A program made the position numbers and the translations under genes. The notes below the pieces were generated by a model. The model ran no database searches, was not told the DNA's origin, and was given only the letters and a program-made list of their open reading frames with translations. This document shows, one piece after another, positions 40,679 to 52,900 of a DNA stretch of 64,000 nt; the stretch's first letter is position 1; each line of letters opens with the position of its first letter. The stretch is from Amphiscolops sp. MND2022 (lineage: Eukaryota): NCBI GenBank assembly GCA_964187785.1, contig OZ076409.1, forward strand, positions 9,860,001-9,924,000, read 5' to 3'.

Positions 40679-41695
40679 GTCAGTTGAAGAAGAGAGTTAA
40701 TTTCTCCAATACTTTTGGGTGGACGTCGAATAAGAAGTTCTGCTTTTCTACTAGGTGAACCAAAAAAAACGGAATGTACCACATATTCACTCTTCAAAAC
40801 TCGTAGTATTTGTAAACAAGGCACTTCTGATAACCTGTCACTTTCTCTGTCAATCATCCTCTCATTACGTAATTAAATTTCCAACAAAGAATGATGCGAA
40901 CCTGCAGAAAAGTCTTTACTTTATCAGTCATGTCGTTCACACTTTTAATGTGTGAGAGTTTCTTTGGCTTCGGAGAAAAGTTGTCAAAATGAATGACTGA
41001 CAAGCTGAATTTTAATGTTCAGAGTTGTTTTGAAACATTTGTTGACAAATATTTGAACGTTAAGATAGCTCAAAAACTTTCATGAGTTCCGTTTTTCATG
41101 GTCCACTTAGTAAGTCGGCGCCCTTTCGGATATTAACTCACCATAGCAAGCTGATACCATATTTGCAGCCAAAGTTTCAAAGTGACTTGCTCAAGGCCAC
41201 AAAGGTCTGATTACTCACTGTTGCTCTTTTTATTTTTAATTTTCTCCGCCGAAGGCGGTATTTTTTGCCATTGAACATACCACTAAGCTAAGGGTGAAGG
41301 CCAACTATTTAGCTGCCGCGCAGGAATTTTTCAGTGATTTCATTAGCTATCCAAATTAGCGGCGACTAATGAATTGTCCAAATATTAAATTTCCTCAGTC
41401 TTACACGGGGTTTCAGAACGAATTTCGAAAAATTCTAGCTATTACGTTTGTAAACTCCACACAGTGTGAAAGACTTCAGTCTTTCTATCTTGCAAAAAAT
41501 AATACGGTACCGTTTAATTTTAAAATATACTTGAAATCCAACATTTGATGACAAAAATTTTCAACGAAATTTGAAATTAGCGGTTTAGCGATCAGCGAAA
41601 AATATTAACAATAAAAAAAGAATATTGAATTTATCTGACGGATTGAAGTTTCCGGCGCTTTTTGTTGACACCGCCTTGACTGAATAGCTTAGTAA

Positions 41696-42241
41696 CCCTA
41701 GTTGAAACTGCAGGAACTTTTTACTTGCTGCAGTCCTGCATGCAGGGTAATTTTTTAAAAAACCTAGAAAATTCAGCGGACTTCAGTTGGTAAATCATGT
41801 ACAATTACACTGCATTTTCCTCTCCTGCAATTAAATTTGAAAATAAATTCCACTACATCACCGATACGATCAGTTTGTATTCACACTTTGTTTTCTCAAC
41901 TACTCGTCTGATGTGATCACCGCTTCTCAAATAGTACGTTGAAGATGACGCTAATTTGCAGTTTATAACGCGACTGAGGTCATTTTGCATTAAATTAGCG
42001 GTAAAATTGATAGCAGCTTATTTGCTTTTAAAATTATAGCTGCTGCTCAATGAAACCTGCAAAACTTCAATGCTTAAAGTTGCCGCCAAACTTTTCATGA
42101 ATCTTTCAAGCAGCTTGATGAAAGTTAAATACAACAGGGAAATACTTCCGCATGAAAGTTTCGGTAAAAGTTTAGGAAAATCATAAAAATTACTGGCAAC
42201 ATTAAAGTACATGCAAAAAGTTCAAGCAGTTTCAACTAGAG
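41696..42241 (+). mobile_element. MITE, CCCTAGTTGAAACTGC TIR family
   Basis: ccctagttgaaactgc...gcagtttcaactagag; homologous to 2687-3010. Confidence 0.75.
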
Positions 42242-43168
42242 AAGCATTAAAACAGCATAGAAATCATTTCATTTTCAATACTTCTTGTTGGGTTTTGAAA
42301 TTTAAATCAATGTGCTTTTGTAGGGTGACTTTGTCGATGTTCCAATGCATTATTGGTACAGTCGTTGGACAGAATAGTTGTCCCGTTCCGAAAAAAAACT
42401 TAGATCGCATCAGATGAACTTGTTCAATTTTTTACTGTATTTCCACGAAAGTCGTGAACCAACATTAAGCAGATTTCAGTTACCGGTGTGAAAAACATTT
42501 CTTTTTCAGCTTGTCCGCTTTGCAACAACAGAAACTCATTTCGGGATAAAAATGGATTGATTTCATCACCAAGAATTATTGCTTTAAAAATGAAAGTTAT
42601 CAACAGAAAGCAAGAAAATTGCCATTCGTCTCTTTACACAATAATTCGAAAAAAGTACGCATCGCTAAAATTCTGGGCATATGAAAGGGCATATCCGGTA
42701 CCGAAATATTTACGAGCGAAAATTGTTTGAATTGAGTTTTGTCGAGGTTAATTTATTCTACTTTTTAAATTTTTAAATTGCTGCAAATTCTTTAAAGTTG
42801 CTGCAAATAAGTAAGTAAGGAAGTAAGTAAGTAAGTACAAAAACACTGAATTCCATAATTTTGTGATAAAAATTATCATGAAAGATGGCAGTGGGGATTA
42901 TCAAAATGGTCAAAACGGGACAACTATTCTCTCCAATGTCTCAGGGTTGGCAAAAATGGAAAAAGTCATAAAAAACATTCACGAAAAACATGCTTCGATC
43001 ACGTCTTGGCGTGAACAAAGCACGAAAATTATAATTTTTATTTAAACAACTAAATAAATAAAGATTTGGAAGAAAAATTGAAAAAAAACAATTTTCCGAA
43101 AAAAACATGTATTTTGGGAAAACATTATTCCTGCAATGACTGAAGTGTTTTTTTTTAACCCTTTTCAG

Positions 43169-43478
43169 GACTGGAGTGTACCATCGTCTATGCCAGTCGG
43201 AAGAACACAGTAGCAGCTCGGACTCGGCTGCTTTTCTGAGCGACGATGACGTCACTACTCTGAAGCGAGCAGCCGACTTGGCTTCGACTTCGCTGCCCAT
43301 ACCATCGTCGCCACCCTGCCCGCCCCAAAAGTTCAAAAGTTCATCGACCTCCGGTGCCAGAAAATCCCTTTCCAAGGAGTCCTCTTCACCTGGGAAGCTG
43401 TCGGACTTCCGTCGTCTGTCTCTGAAAAGGAAGCCCAAAAACGAAACGACCCCGTGCAAAGTGATGAACATACGGTAG
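43169..43478 (+). CDS. STK17: DRAK/STK17-like kinase, terminal exon G (Ser-rich, basic tail)
   Basis: Strong acceptor ttttttaacccttttcag; phase 2 matches exon F. Encodes (R)TGVYHRLCQSEEHSSSSDS...FRRLSLKRKPKNETTPCKVMNIR*. Confidence 0.8.
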
Positions 43479-45724
43479 ATGTGGTGTATTGAATGTGTAC
43501 TTTGTGTTAGCGTAAAGGCGATTGACTCGGAAAAGGAATTATAACAATGTAAAGACTTGAAGGTCTGGCTTGCCGGCAAGCAATGTATTTAGCCAATCTG
43601 TTGTTCAATCTCAATTTTTAATACAATTATTTATTTGTGTATAAATTGTTTTCAAAAAGCAGTCGGAAAAAAAGGTACTTTTGTGATACCAGCAAGGAGC
43701 TAAAAATTACTCTCGTTATTCCTGCAGGTTTTTTGTCGTACGTGTGATAGTGAAAAGTAGGGATTATCTAGTTAGAGTAGCAAAAATATTCATGCTTAGC
43801 TGAAAATAGTTATCAAGACACTACGCATGAAGCGTCTTCAGAGATTTTTTCTGTGAATAACCCAAAAAGAGATTATTTCCTTTACCCTGACATGACCTGT
43901 TCCAAACAGAGACCCCGTTGCAAGATAAGATGCTATCTTCTTCCGCGGATAAGCTCATTGAAAGTCCAAGCTAGATATCAGAACCACGGAATATTTGAAG
44001 ATTTCTCTAGCTCCTAAAGTAAATTTTTGCAAATGCCGACGCTCAAGAGACTTTGAAATTGAAAAGCTGGAATTGGAATGCAATCGGAACTTGAAAAAGT
44101 AATTATTGGCTTGGGCAGCAAAGTCACTGACAATAGTTTTCTGGAGACAACGGAGCAGTCAGTGCCATAACAAGACGGGAACTGCCCAATTGGGTTGAAA
44201 AAGAACATCTCATGAACATTCTCAGTTCTTTTGCAAAACTTGTCAAACCTCCTTGCCAAAACTACCTAAAAAACTTTTTTGGTATCAAAAGTTTTTTAAC
44301 TTCAAAACTTGAAAAACACGAAAGAAGGACTCAGCAATGAGTTTTTCCGAAAAAATGTTACAGTGCCGTAAAAATGTCCAAAGAGGGGCATCCATTCGAT
44401 CATATGCAATTTTTAAAATATGAAGTTTCTAAAAAGTGGACCAATCAGCATATGATTAACTTAACGATGCAATAACAGATTTAGTATATGAACAGTGCAT
44501 TAACAGACAAAACAGTGCATTAACAAATTGTTATTGCACTGTTTAGAAATTTTGTTCACGCAAAAGTTTGGCTTAAACTGATTATTCGATAGCTTGTTCA
44601 CGCATTCCGAAAATCATTTCAGTCTCCACCTGCGGTCTCGACTAAAATTAATTTCTCGATGCATGAACAAGCCATCAAATAGCTTGTAATTAGGTAAGCC
44701 AAGTAACTCCTTGGCACAAATACGTCTACAGCTACGTCCAATTTTTCAACATCGAAATCATTTCCTACATATTGGTTATATTTGTGGCTTCAAAATGTTT
44801 TTGTATACCTACTCTGGGATCTGTTCACTTATGAGCTAATTAATGGTTACTGTCAGCACGCTATGAAGACCCGATGTTACGGACGTTTTGGTTGTTCTTT
44901 TTCCTACAGTTTGTCATCTTTTCAGTAAGGGCGATTCACCATACTGGTTAATTCCCCAATTTGCTTATTCATTTTTAAGAACCTCTCTTCTATTCTGTAT
45001 TTTTCGTGTTCTCTCTCCAGAGATCTCATAGTCTCTTTGTTCTTTTCGTGAAAAACACTCCCTGAATAATGGTTTGCGACACTAATATTGTCGTCACCAT
45101 CAGCAAATCTATCTAATTATGTTTGCTCGATTCTGATTTCTCTGTTAGGGATCTGGTGTTTCCATCGTTGAAACAGTTTTCGTTTTAGGTTGAATTGAAT
45201 TTATGTTTTCAAGGTAAGAATGTTCATTTTACAAATTTGGAACTATGAAGATTTTAATAGCTGGTAACGGCAGTACGTCTGACTATCACGAAAACAATTG
45301 GTCTACTGGTTGGTTTCTTTTTCGCAATAGCATCTTCACAATCCTTAGTTACGCGCGGGCAACTCCTAATTGAGTGCGTCTGTTTTAGCCAGTCTTACTG
45401 GTTAAGCCAGCAATTATCACTTCATGGGCGTTGGACGACTGGTTACTTCAGTCGTCGCTAATTCACATCACAACAATTTCGCACCTTTTATCTCACTAAT
45501 TTATATCATTGACATTGGTCTTTCCACTGTTCAGCACCGACGAATTTTTGACTTATGCTTTTGGTAGTAAATTTTATGGTGGTTACGAGATTTTTACATA
45601 AATCTTGGTGATATATATATCGATGCACCAATTGTTGATGATGACTGAAACTTGTTGTTAACGTGAATGTCGCTAAATGTACAAATTGATGACCATATAC
45701 TAATGACTCCATACGTTGCTTTAG

Positions 45725-46880
45725 GACTTGGAGGACGAGCTCGATGAGAAAGAAGCTGTTGTATTCAAAAGAAACTTGCTTGATCTGGTAAATGAATACC
45801 GTGAGAGAACACATGCGTTGCTGTTGTGTGTAAACTCCATGTTGAGTATTACGAAGGAAGAAACGCAAAGACAGCTCATTCGAAGTGTTACTGAATGGAA
45901 AGAATGCTTTCCAAAATTGGAATCGAGATGGGAACTTTGGTTCCCCGATGTGAGGCAATTGTTAAAGTGTCCAAATGATCAAGTGTCCAAGTAGTCAAAT
46001 GCATTAAAACTGAGCCAGATGGCAAAGGGAACATCTACAGACGCAACTATGAGAAGCCGTCGAGCACGAATGCTGAAAAAAGTCTCGAAATTACCAAACT
46101 CGAGGAAGGAAAGGCAAGAGTCATTTGGGGTTTTGAAAGAAATAGAAAACGAACTTCCATCCTGCGGTCAGTCCACAATAACGAATTGATAACGAAGTGT
46201 GTAGTGGAGCAAATATTGAGAAATTGGCTGAAGACGTTTTCGACTTATTTGGAAAATTACCTTTTGTTGAAGTAATTATGGAAGCTGAGTTAAATGAGCT
46301 GAAGCATTATCTCTATGTACGTTTCAAAGGTTTGAAAGGAAGGCAATTGACTGAACTCAAGGAATGTCGGACGTTAATGACGAAGTTTGTGATAATTGAG
46401 AAAACTATGATGGGTTGTGTGAACATGTAGAAGTTATCATGGCCAACAAACATGATTATGATCTGGAAAGACTCTGCAGCAGAGAAAAAACGCAACAAAA
46501 AGCAGACAAAGAATTTGGGGTTCTCAGAAAGACAATGACGATAGATGGCAAACTCAAAAGACCGACAGCCAGTACTGAAACTGGCATCTTTGGTCTATGA
46601 AAGTGTTTTTTGGGAGAAAAAAGGGGCGACAATGTTGACACCAGTCATCAGCCGGCAAAGAAAGCCGATTGGGAACATGCTGGTTGAGAAACAAGACTCA
46701 AACTTGGAAAAATTTTGATGAAAAATCAAAGAAATGTCGACCATCACAAATCTCCAAGCACCACCCAATGGGTTTTCTCGAAGACAGATGGTCATTAAGC
46801 GAAGAAACATGGCACACATTTGCAGGTTTCGAACACAAACAACCCGGCCACGTTTCAAGGTCATTCACCCATTATAACCC
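45725..46880 (+). pseudogene. Frameshifted coding-like remnant of unknown family
   Basis: Successive protein-like frames (EDELDEKEAVVFKRNLLDL..., VKCIKTEPDGKGNIY..., EKLAEDVFDLFGKLPF..., LCEHVEVIMANK..., YESVFWEKKG...) joined by frameshifts after a tttag acceptor-like site. Confidence 0.4.
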
Positions 46881-47152
46881 CCTTGAACCCTCACTTGTGT
46901 GGTGTTCAATGTCATTGAGTCGGAATGTGAACATTGTTGTTCATAATTTGACCCATTCAGAATGTAACTCTGTTGAAATTACGGATATTTACTTTGTGTA
47001 AACATACTTTCGAGCCCACCTAATCAACACTCATGGTCACCGAATACCCAATAATTGCCATACCCAAAACTTCACAAAGCCAATAATTTTAATAATTCAC
47101 TAAATTGTTATATTTTTATACCACATACTTAGACTTAAATTTACGGTAGAAC

Positions 47153-47554
47153 TGTAACCCTGGTTCACACCTTTACTAGATAGAGAATTCAACCACAAAA
47201 GATCTATAGTCAAGTTGGGTCTCAGGACCACGAGACTACTTAGTTTTCCATTTCTTTACAAGTTTTGGCTAGAGTCAGAGCGATTAAGTGTCTACTCTCA
47301 AAGATGGAGAGTCGGAGCGCGTGAAGTTATTGGGCGAGAAATCTGTGACGGATCTTAGCAGTTCCACCCTAGTAAAACGCAGAATCGCAAGAGATCCTAC
47401 GGATCACATGGGACCCATCCACCAGCTAAAAGATAGTCCTTTAAAACACGAAAACAAGAATTGTTTAGTAACGGTCCACAGTACTGAGCAACCGATCAGG
47501 GCAGCGTGAAGCTTGTCAAGCTTCAGCGCGTGATAAGGGCACGCAGCTGTTACA
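47153..47554. mobile_element. Probable solo LTR
   Basis: 402 bp bounded by TGTAAC...GTTACA, higher GC than the flanks. No direct TSD. Confidence 0.5.
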
Positions 47555-47801
47555 GTTCTCACTAAATTTTGTTTTGAAATTTGAACTTTTTTACAGTTTT
47601 CGTGGCGTTCAAAAGAGCAAAACGTTTGAAAGTTTTTTACTCAACACAGAGGAAGTAGATATCATTCCTATTTCACAGCTTTTAAGAGCTTTTTTGAAAC
47701 AAAATATGAATAACAAGAAATAAAAAAATAAACATTCAAAATGCTTAAATCTTGGACATTTTGTAGCTCTCTAAGTAGTTTTGGAGTCATTATCAAACAA
47801 A

Positions 47802-48372
47802 CGTAGTCGGCGGTTTCGTAGAAAAAGCAGGACTCTTACAATCACTAGTTTTTCTCACCATTAGCTCTGATCTGTCCACTTTTACGGAGCCCAGATGAAG
47901 CAAAGTATAAGAAATAAGCTAGTATTTTTTGTTTTTTTTTTGTTGTTTTGTGCGGTTTTTTGATTCCGTTGTGTGGATGGGAGTTTTGTTGAAATAATTG
48001 TGGAAAATACTTACGGTCTTTTTCGGCCCTCTGCGACGTTTCTTCGAAACATTTTGTATGATCAAAGTACCCCTTCACTTTCATAAATGCCTTGGCCTTG
48101 AAAAAAGCGTTTTGCGAGATCAAGGCTCCCTTTTCTGCACAGACTTTTTCCGACAAAAAATTTGGACTTTTTTCAAAAGAGGCCTTTTTTGGTTTCCATT
48201 TGGGGTAGAAGGTTTTCGAGTCTGATGCGTTTGCTTTAGGGTGTATTTTGGCACTGAAAAATTGATAACATTCAACAAGGATGTCATTCGCATCTTCAAG
48301 AAACTTCAAAAAACTTGCTTTTTGAAGCTTGAGCGCCAACATAGCCGGCTTGAGCGCGTTCCCGGCTTGCTA
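47802..48372 (+). mobile_element. Degenerate HINE-like family A copy
   Basis: Starts agtcggcgg...aaaagcaggact and ends gagcgcc...gccggcttgagcgcgttcccggcttg. Confidence 0.5.
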
Positions 48373-49651
48373 AAATCACCACTTTACAATTTTTTCATCA
48401 AACATGCTTTATGTAGAGCATTATTTAGTTTAGGAAACTCACCAAAAATTTCATATCGCGCAAAACTGAATTTATGGCAGTTCAATTCTTTGAAGGAACC
48501 TCTATTATTTTGGTATAAACTTCGGAATGACAAATTTCAAAAAACCACGACTCCTCTAGCAATTTTCCTCTCTCATATGAAAATATGGGCGAAGGTTAAA
48601 ATTTTCTGGATTCAGCTCATTCCTATGTTAATGCAATGTGGACAAGAAAAACCGTGTTTATAATCTTTCTTCAGGATTAATTTTAGACACCGTCTTCAGT
48701 TCCGATTTTATTTTTTTTATTATAGAAGTTATTATACAAGTTTTCACTATTATACTAGCATGCATAAAACCATGCTATTTAATGCCAAAAGTCGGAGTCG
48801 ATATGATTTTTGCGTTTCGTTTGTAGTGTCAAGAGACAATGGTACAAAAGTGGGAATGAAAGCTCAAATGATGAACATCGATGCCTTTCGAAATTGTTTT
48901 TTTCCCGGTGTTGATCAAGCAATGAAAAGTACTTCGATCGTTAAGTTTACACAAACTACATTGTCGAAATTAGCGAAATTGTCACTTTCTGATGATTTCA
49001 AAAAGATCTGTTTTCTGAGAATTGCTCCACGCAAGGAAAGCAACAACAAGAAGAAGAAGAAGAAGAAGATGATGAAAACGATAAAAGAAGAAAAAGACGA
49101 AGTAGAAAGAGATTCCCTAAAGGCAATGATATGTAAATTTTTTTATAGGGACTGTGAATATTAGGAAGTTGAACATTCACAAGTACTGTAAAAATGGATG
49201 AGCTGACAACACCATTTTCCAAATGGCGCCATAAAACTTTCCCAAAATAGCAGATGCACATAATTTGTTGTTAATGTTGATCAACATTGCTAACAAATTT
49301 TTTCACCTGCCACTTCAGAAACGTTTTACCAGTTTTTTTGTGAATATAGAAATTTCTAAAGCCTGCGGTTGCCAATAAACTCTACAGCGCAGAACACGTC
49401 AAGAAACACCGTCAAAAAGCTAAGTAAAATATAAAAAAGTAATTAGATGTAAATAACTTATAGATTGTTTGATAAGTCCTCTTGACGTAGGTAATACTAG
49501 GGAAAGCTTGAGTCTACCATCTATAATCTTACAGTCTGGTAAGAGTTCCACAAAAGCGCAGAAGTCGGCAAAAGTCTAACCGCATCAGCCATAAAACTCT
49601 AAATTTCTCACTCTAATTGGCACTATAACTTTACCTTACTAGACACAGTAA

Positions 49652-49997
49652 ATGCATTTTTTGTTTACCCATGTAATTTTTGCCCTCTGGATATACAAAG
49701 GCTACAGAAGTACAGCCGAAGCAACTCCAAAAACATTCCGCTGTTCACCGTTTGAAGAGATTGAAAAAGGTAAAAGTTTGAACTCCTCTTTTATTTTGCC
49801 CAGTACTAGTGTTATGCAGTCGGAAAGCAAATGTGCTCTACTCTGCAACAAAAATGACAGATGGTTGTCATTCGGGTTTTGTGGGGGTGGAACTTGCAAA
49901 CTTTACAGCGTGGACATTCACTCCACAGAGCAGGGGGAAAAGATTCTTCAAAAAGAAGGAAATTGCGACTATTTTGGAATGAAGAAGGAAGCTAAAC
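49652..49997 (+). pseudogene. Secreted PAN/apple + C-type lectin gene, 5' half (interrupted by a transposon)
   Basis: Signal-peptide-like MHFLFTHVIFALW and PAN-like SESKCALLCNKNDRWLSFGFCGGGTCKLY. The frame runs into a transposon TIR at 49998. Confidence 0.7.
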
Positions 49998-52900
49998 CAG
50001 GGGTGTAGATTGAAAAACATCACTCGATTTTTTTTTAAAAAAATGACAATACAAAAAAATGTGTTTTTGTTTCAAAAATAGGCAATTCGGTTTTCTAACC
50101 ACATTTAAAAGACAAGGATATTATTGCTTTATAACAAGCACTTGAAAATCTCTTGAAAAACTTGAAACAATATATGCTTGCAGCAGGTCTAAAATTGTGA
50201 GGTGACACGTTAGGGTTGTCTGAACTTTTTTACTGGTAGTTCAAAAAATGAATAATTGATTGAATTTATTGTCAAAAAAATGAATAATTGATAAAAAGGT
50301 TGGAACTGCTAAAAGGTTAAAAAATGATATTTAACACGTGTTTTGCTTCGTACAAATTTCGAGCAGCTATTTATAACGATCATTTTTCAAGGCACAGATG
50401 ATCATACTAGGATCATCATGTTTTATTGTATGAACCTAGTAGGATCCATCATGGTTCATAGTATAATTAAAGTCTTAGACACCTAATAAACTGTAGGTTA
50501 AAATTGACATGTCAGACAAGACAAATTCCTGTAAACAAAGTTCTCAAATAGAAACCCCGATAAGACGGATGATGGAATCTAATACATGCGCTACTTTGAT
50601 TAAGCGCTTCAGAGAAATTCTAAAATTCAGTCCCAAATTTCAGAAACCTCTAGCTATCGTAAGGTAACGCCGTGCCGAAACGCGACCTCAATGGTTTCAG
50701 TGTCCTTAGGGCAACCTTTGAAAGTTGACCACTTGGATGCTAATAACGATGCTGCAACAATCTATTTCGAACGCATTTCCGAGAAAGCTGTCAAAAGAAC
50801 ATCGAATTTTTTTATAAGTTTCTAATGTCTTTCTCTCGCTCGACCTCGCTTAGAAAGACGTCCGCTGGTGACCGCGAGGCACTAAAAAAGGTTGGGACGA
50901 CTAGGAAAATCATAATCTGTGTTGCGTTTTTTCCCAAATTCTGCCAAATCTCCACGATGGAGTGGAGGGGAACTTCACTTGACTATTTTTGTTACTTGAC
51001 CATTTCAGTTACTTGGTAGCACAGTTGGAAGTGCGTCTGCCTGGCCCACACGAGTTCGTGGTGTAACGTCAGGCAGTCGATGTTACAAAATTTCGATGAA
51101 AAATTCGAAATGTGCGGTATCAAATAAGCACATTCAAGATGGCCGACCCGGCAGGTACCAAAATTGTAGAAGAACCAAAAAAACGTACAAACAGACCACC
51201 CCGTAGTCCCCGACACCCGAAGGCACCCGAAGAGGCTGAAAAGAGAGCGAAACCCAGTCGAGTGCCATATCATCCAGGAAAATGTCGGAAGAGACCCTCC
51301 AGAATCAAGGTGGAACCTGTCAGTGGATCTTTGCAAGAACTCCGGAACCTTCTTGAAGATGCCCGAGGAACTCTTAGTGGTTAATTTTATTGTTATTATT
51401 GTTTTTGGCAGATTTGTGATGAAATTGGATCTAGCAGATCCCAATTTTACTGATTTTAGATCTAAATCTGCAAATATAATGTACTTTTGCTGGACACCTT
51501 TTTTGGACCTCGGAAGGATGTAGGAATTCGCACGAGTACGTAAGGAACCTAGGAATCGTTTTTACAGGCTTGTGGGGGGCGCGTCCGGAGCTCTAATCTG
51601 AAGAGTCACCTTAGACGTAGGAAAAGTACCCCTAGGAGACCATTTTGGGAGAAAAACTGATGTTTAGGGCTGTAGTAAGACAACGGTCTCCTGTTTAAGC
51701 ACCCTAGGCATTGTACCACTTGCTAGGTGTGCGCCATTAGCAGGACGTTACATCTGAAAAAGTTTTTATAGCGACCACAGAGGGATATTTTTCACTTTAG
51801 CGTCCGACTAGAAGTTTTTCCGGCTTTCCGGCCCTGCTAGTTCCGGATCTGGGAAATTGTTCTACTTGGTTCCAGATTGTTTTGTTGTCCCAAAAGTTCT
51901 TTTGTTGAGCTTGGCAGTACGAAAAATTACTGCCAATACGGTTTTCAGCATCCCCCATATATATTGAAACTTTACCGACGCTTTTAATTTGTTACAAATA
52001 GACCTGTGTGAAAGACCTCCTAAATATGAGCTGTTTTGAAACAAAACTAATAATTAAAAGATCTCCAACCCCCTGAAGAAAGTTGTTACACCTCCCTACA
52101 CTTCTGTTGAAACCATCCGGAAAGTCTGAGAACAAAGAAACTGAAAATTTTTGGTACTGTTCCGAATGTGTAAATAGTGCAATCTGAAAATTTTTTGAGA
52201 GATTTTATTTGGAACCTACCAGGTTTTGCTTGCCTCTTTTCTGTTAATATTGAATGTAACGTTGCAAACGCAGAAAACCGCGAGTGATTTTGATCAGTGG
52301 TTGCCGAGATATAGTCAAAAACGTGCTATTTTTGCAAAATTTCGGGAATTCGGCAACCACGTTTTTTGGACAAGTCGAAATTTCTCATAGCAGGAGTAGC
52401 TAAAAACGGATTGCACCAACGTGTAGAGCGCAAAAAGTTACGCTTGTGGCGTGATTTTAGTGGCGCTACTGTTAATACTCGTGGAAAAATCTTAGCCACA
52501 GTTTTGCTCTGAAAGTGTACAAAGTTGCTGAAAAAACCGAATTTTAGTTGAGCACAATGCGGTATCTCCGCGGTATCCCAGCACCTAAATACTTGCGTTT
52601 TCGCATACGTGGTACTAAATTCCAACGATTTGTGCAATTTGAGCAGCCGGAGGCACCTTGCGTTGTCGCTTTGTTATTCTGTTACGTGGGCATAAGTTAT
52701 GCTCGCACATCAGATTTCAGGTAGCTAGGAAGCCTAGAAGGCCAATTTGACCACTTGTTGCAATTTGTACAACATAGTAAATTTTTCAAGAAACTATGCC
52801 AAATGACAGCATTCCACATAGGGTCAATTTTGGTGCAATTGGAGGTTATTTCCCTTCGATTTGGCTACTGTAGTATGCGGTGTGAAATTTGCAGGTCGCT

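Noticed and set aside
42941..43579. 212-aa minus-strand ORF
   Set aside because: Antisense shadow of the kinase terminal exon.
48760..49164. 134-aa ORF with poly-Lys
   Set aside because: Driven by an (AAG)n microsatellite; no motif or splice support.
51112..51384. 90-aa basic Pro-rich ORF
   Set aside because: Inside the 5' LTR and frameshifted in the 3' LTR copy.
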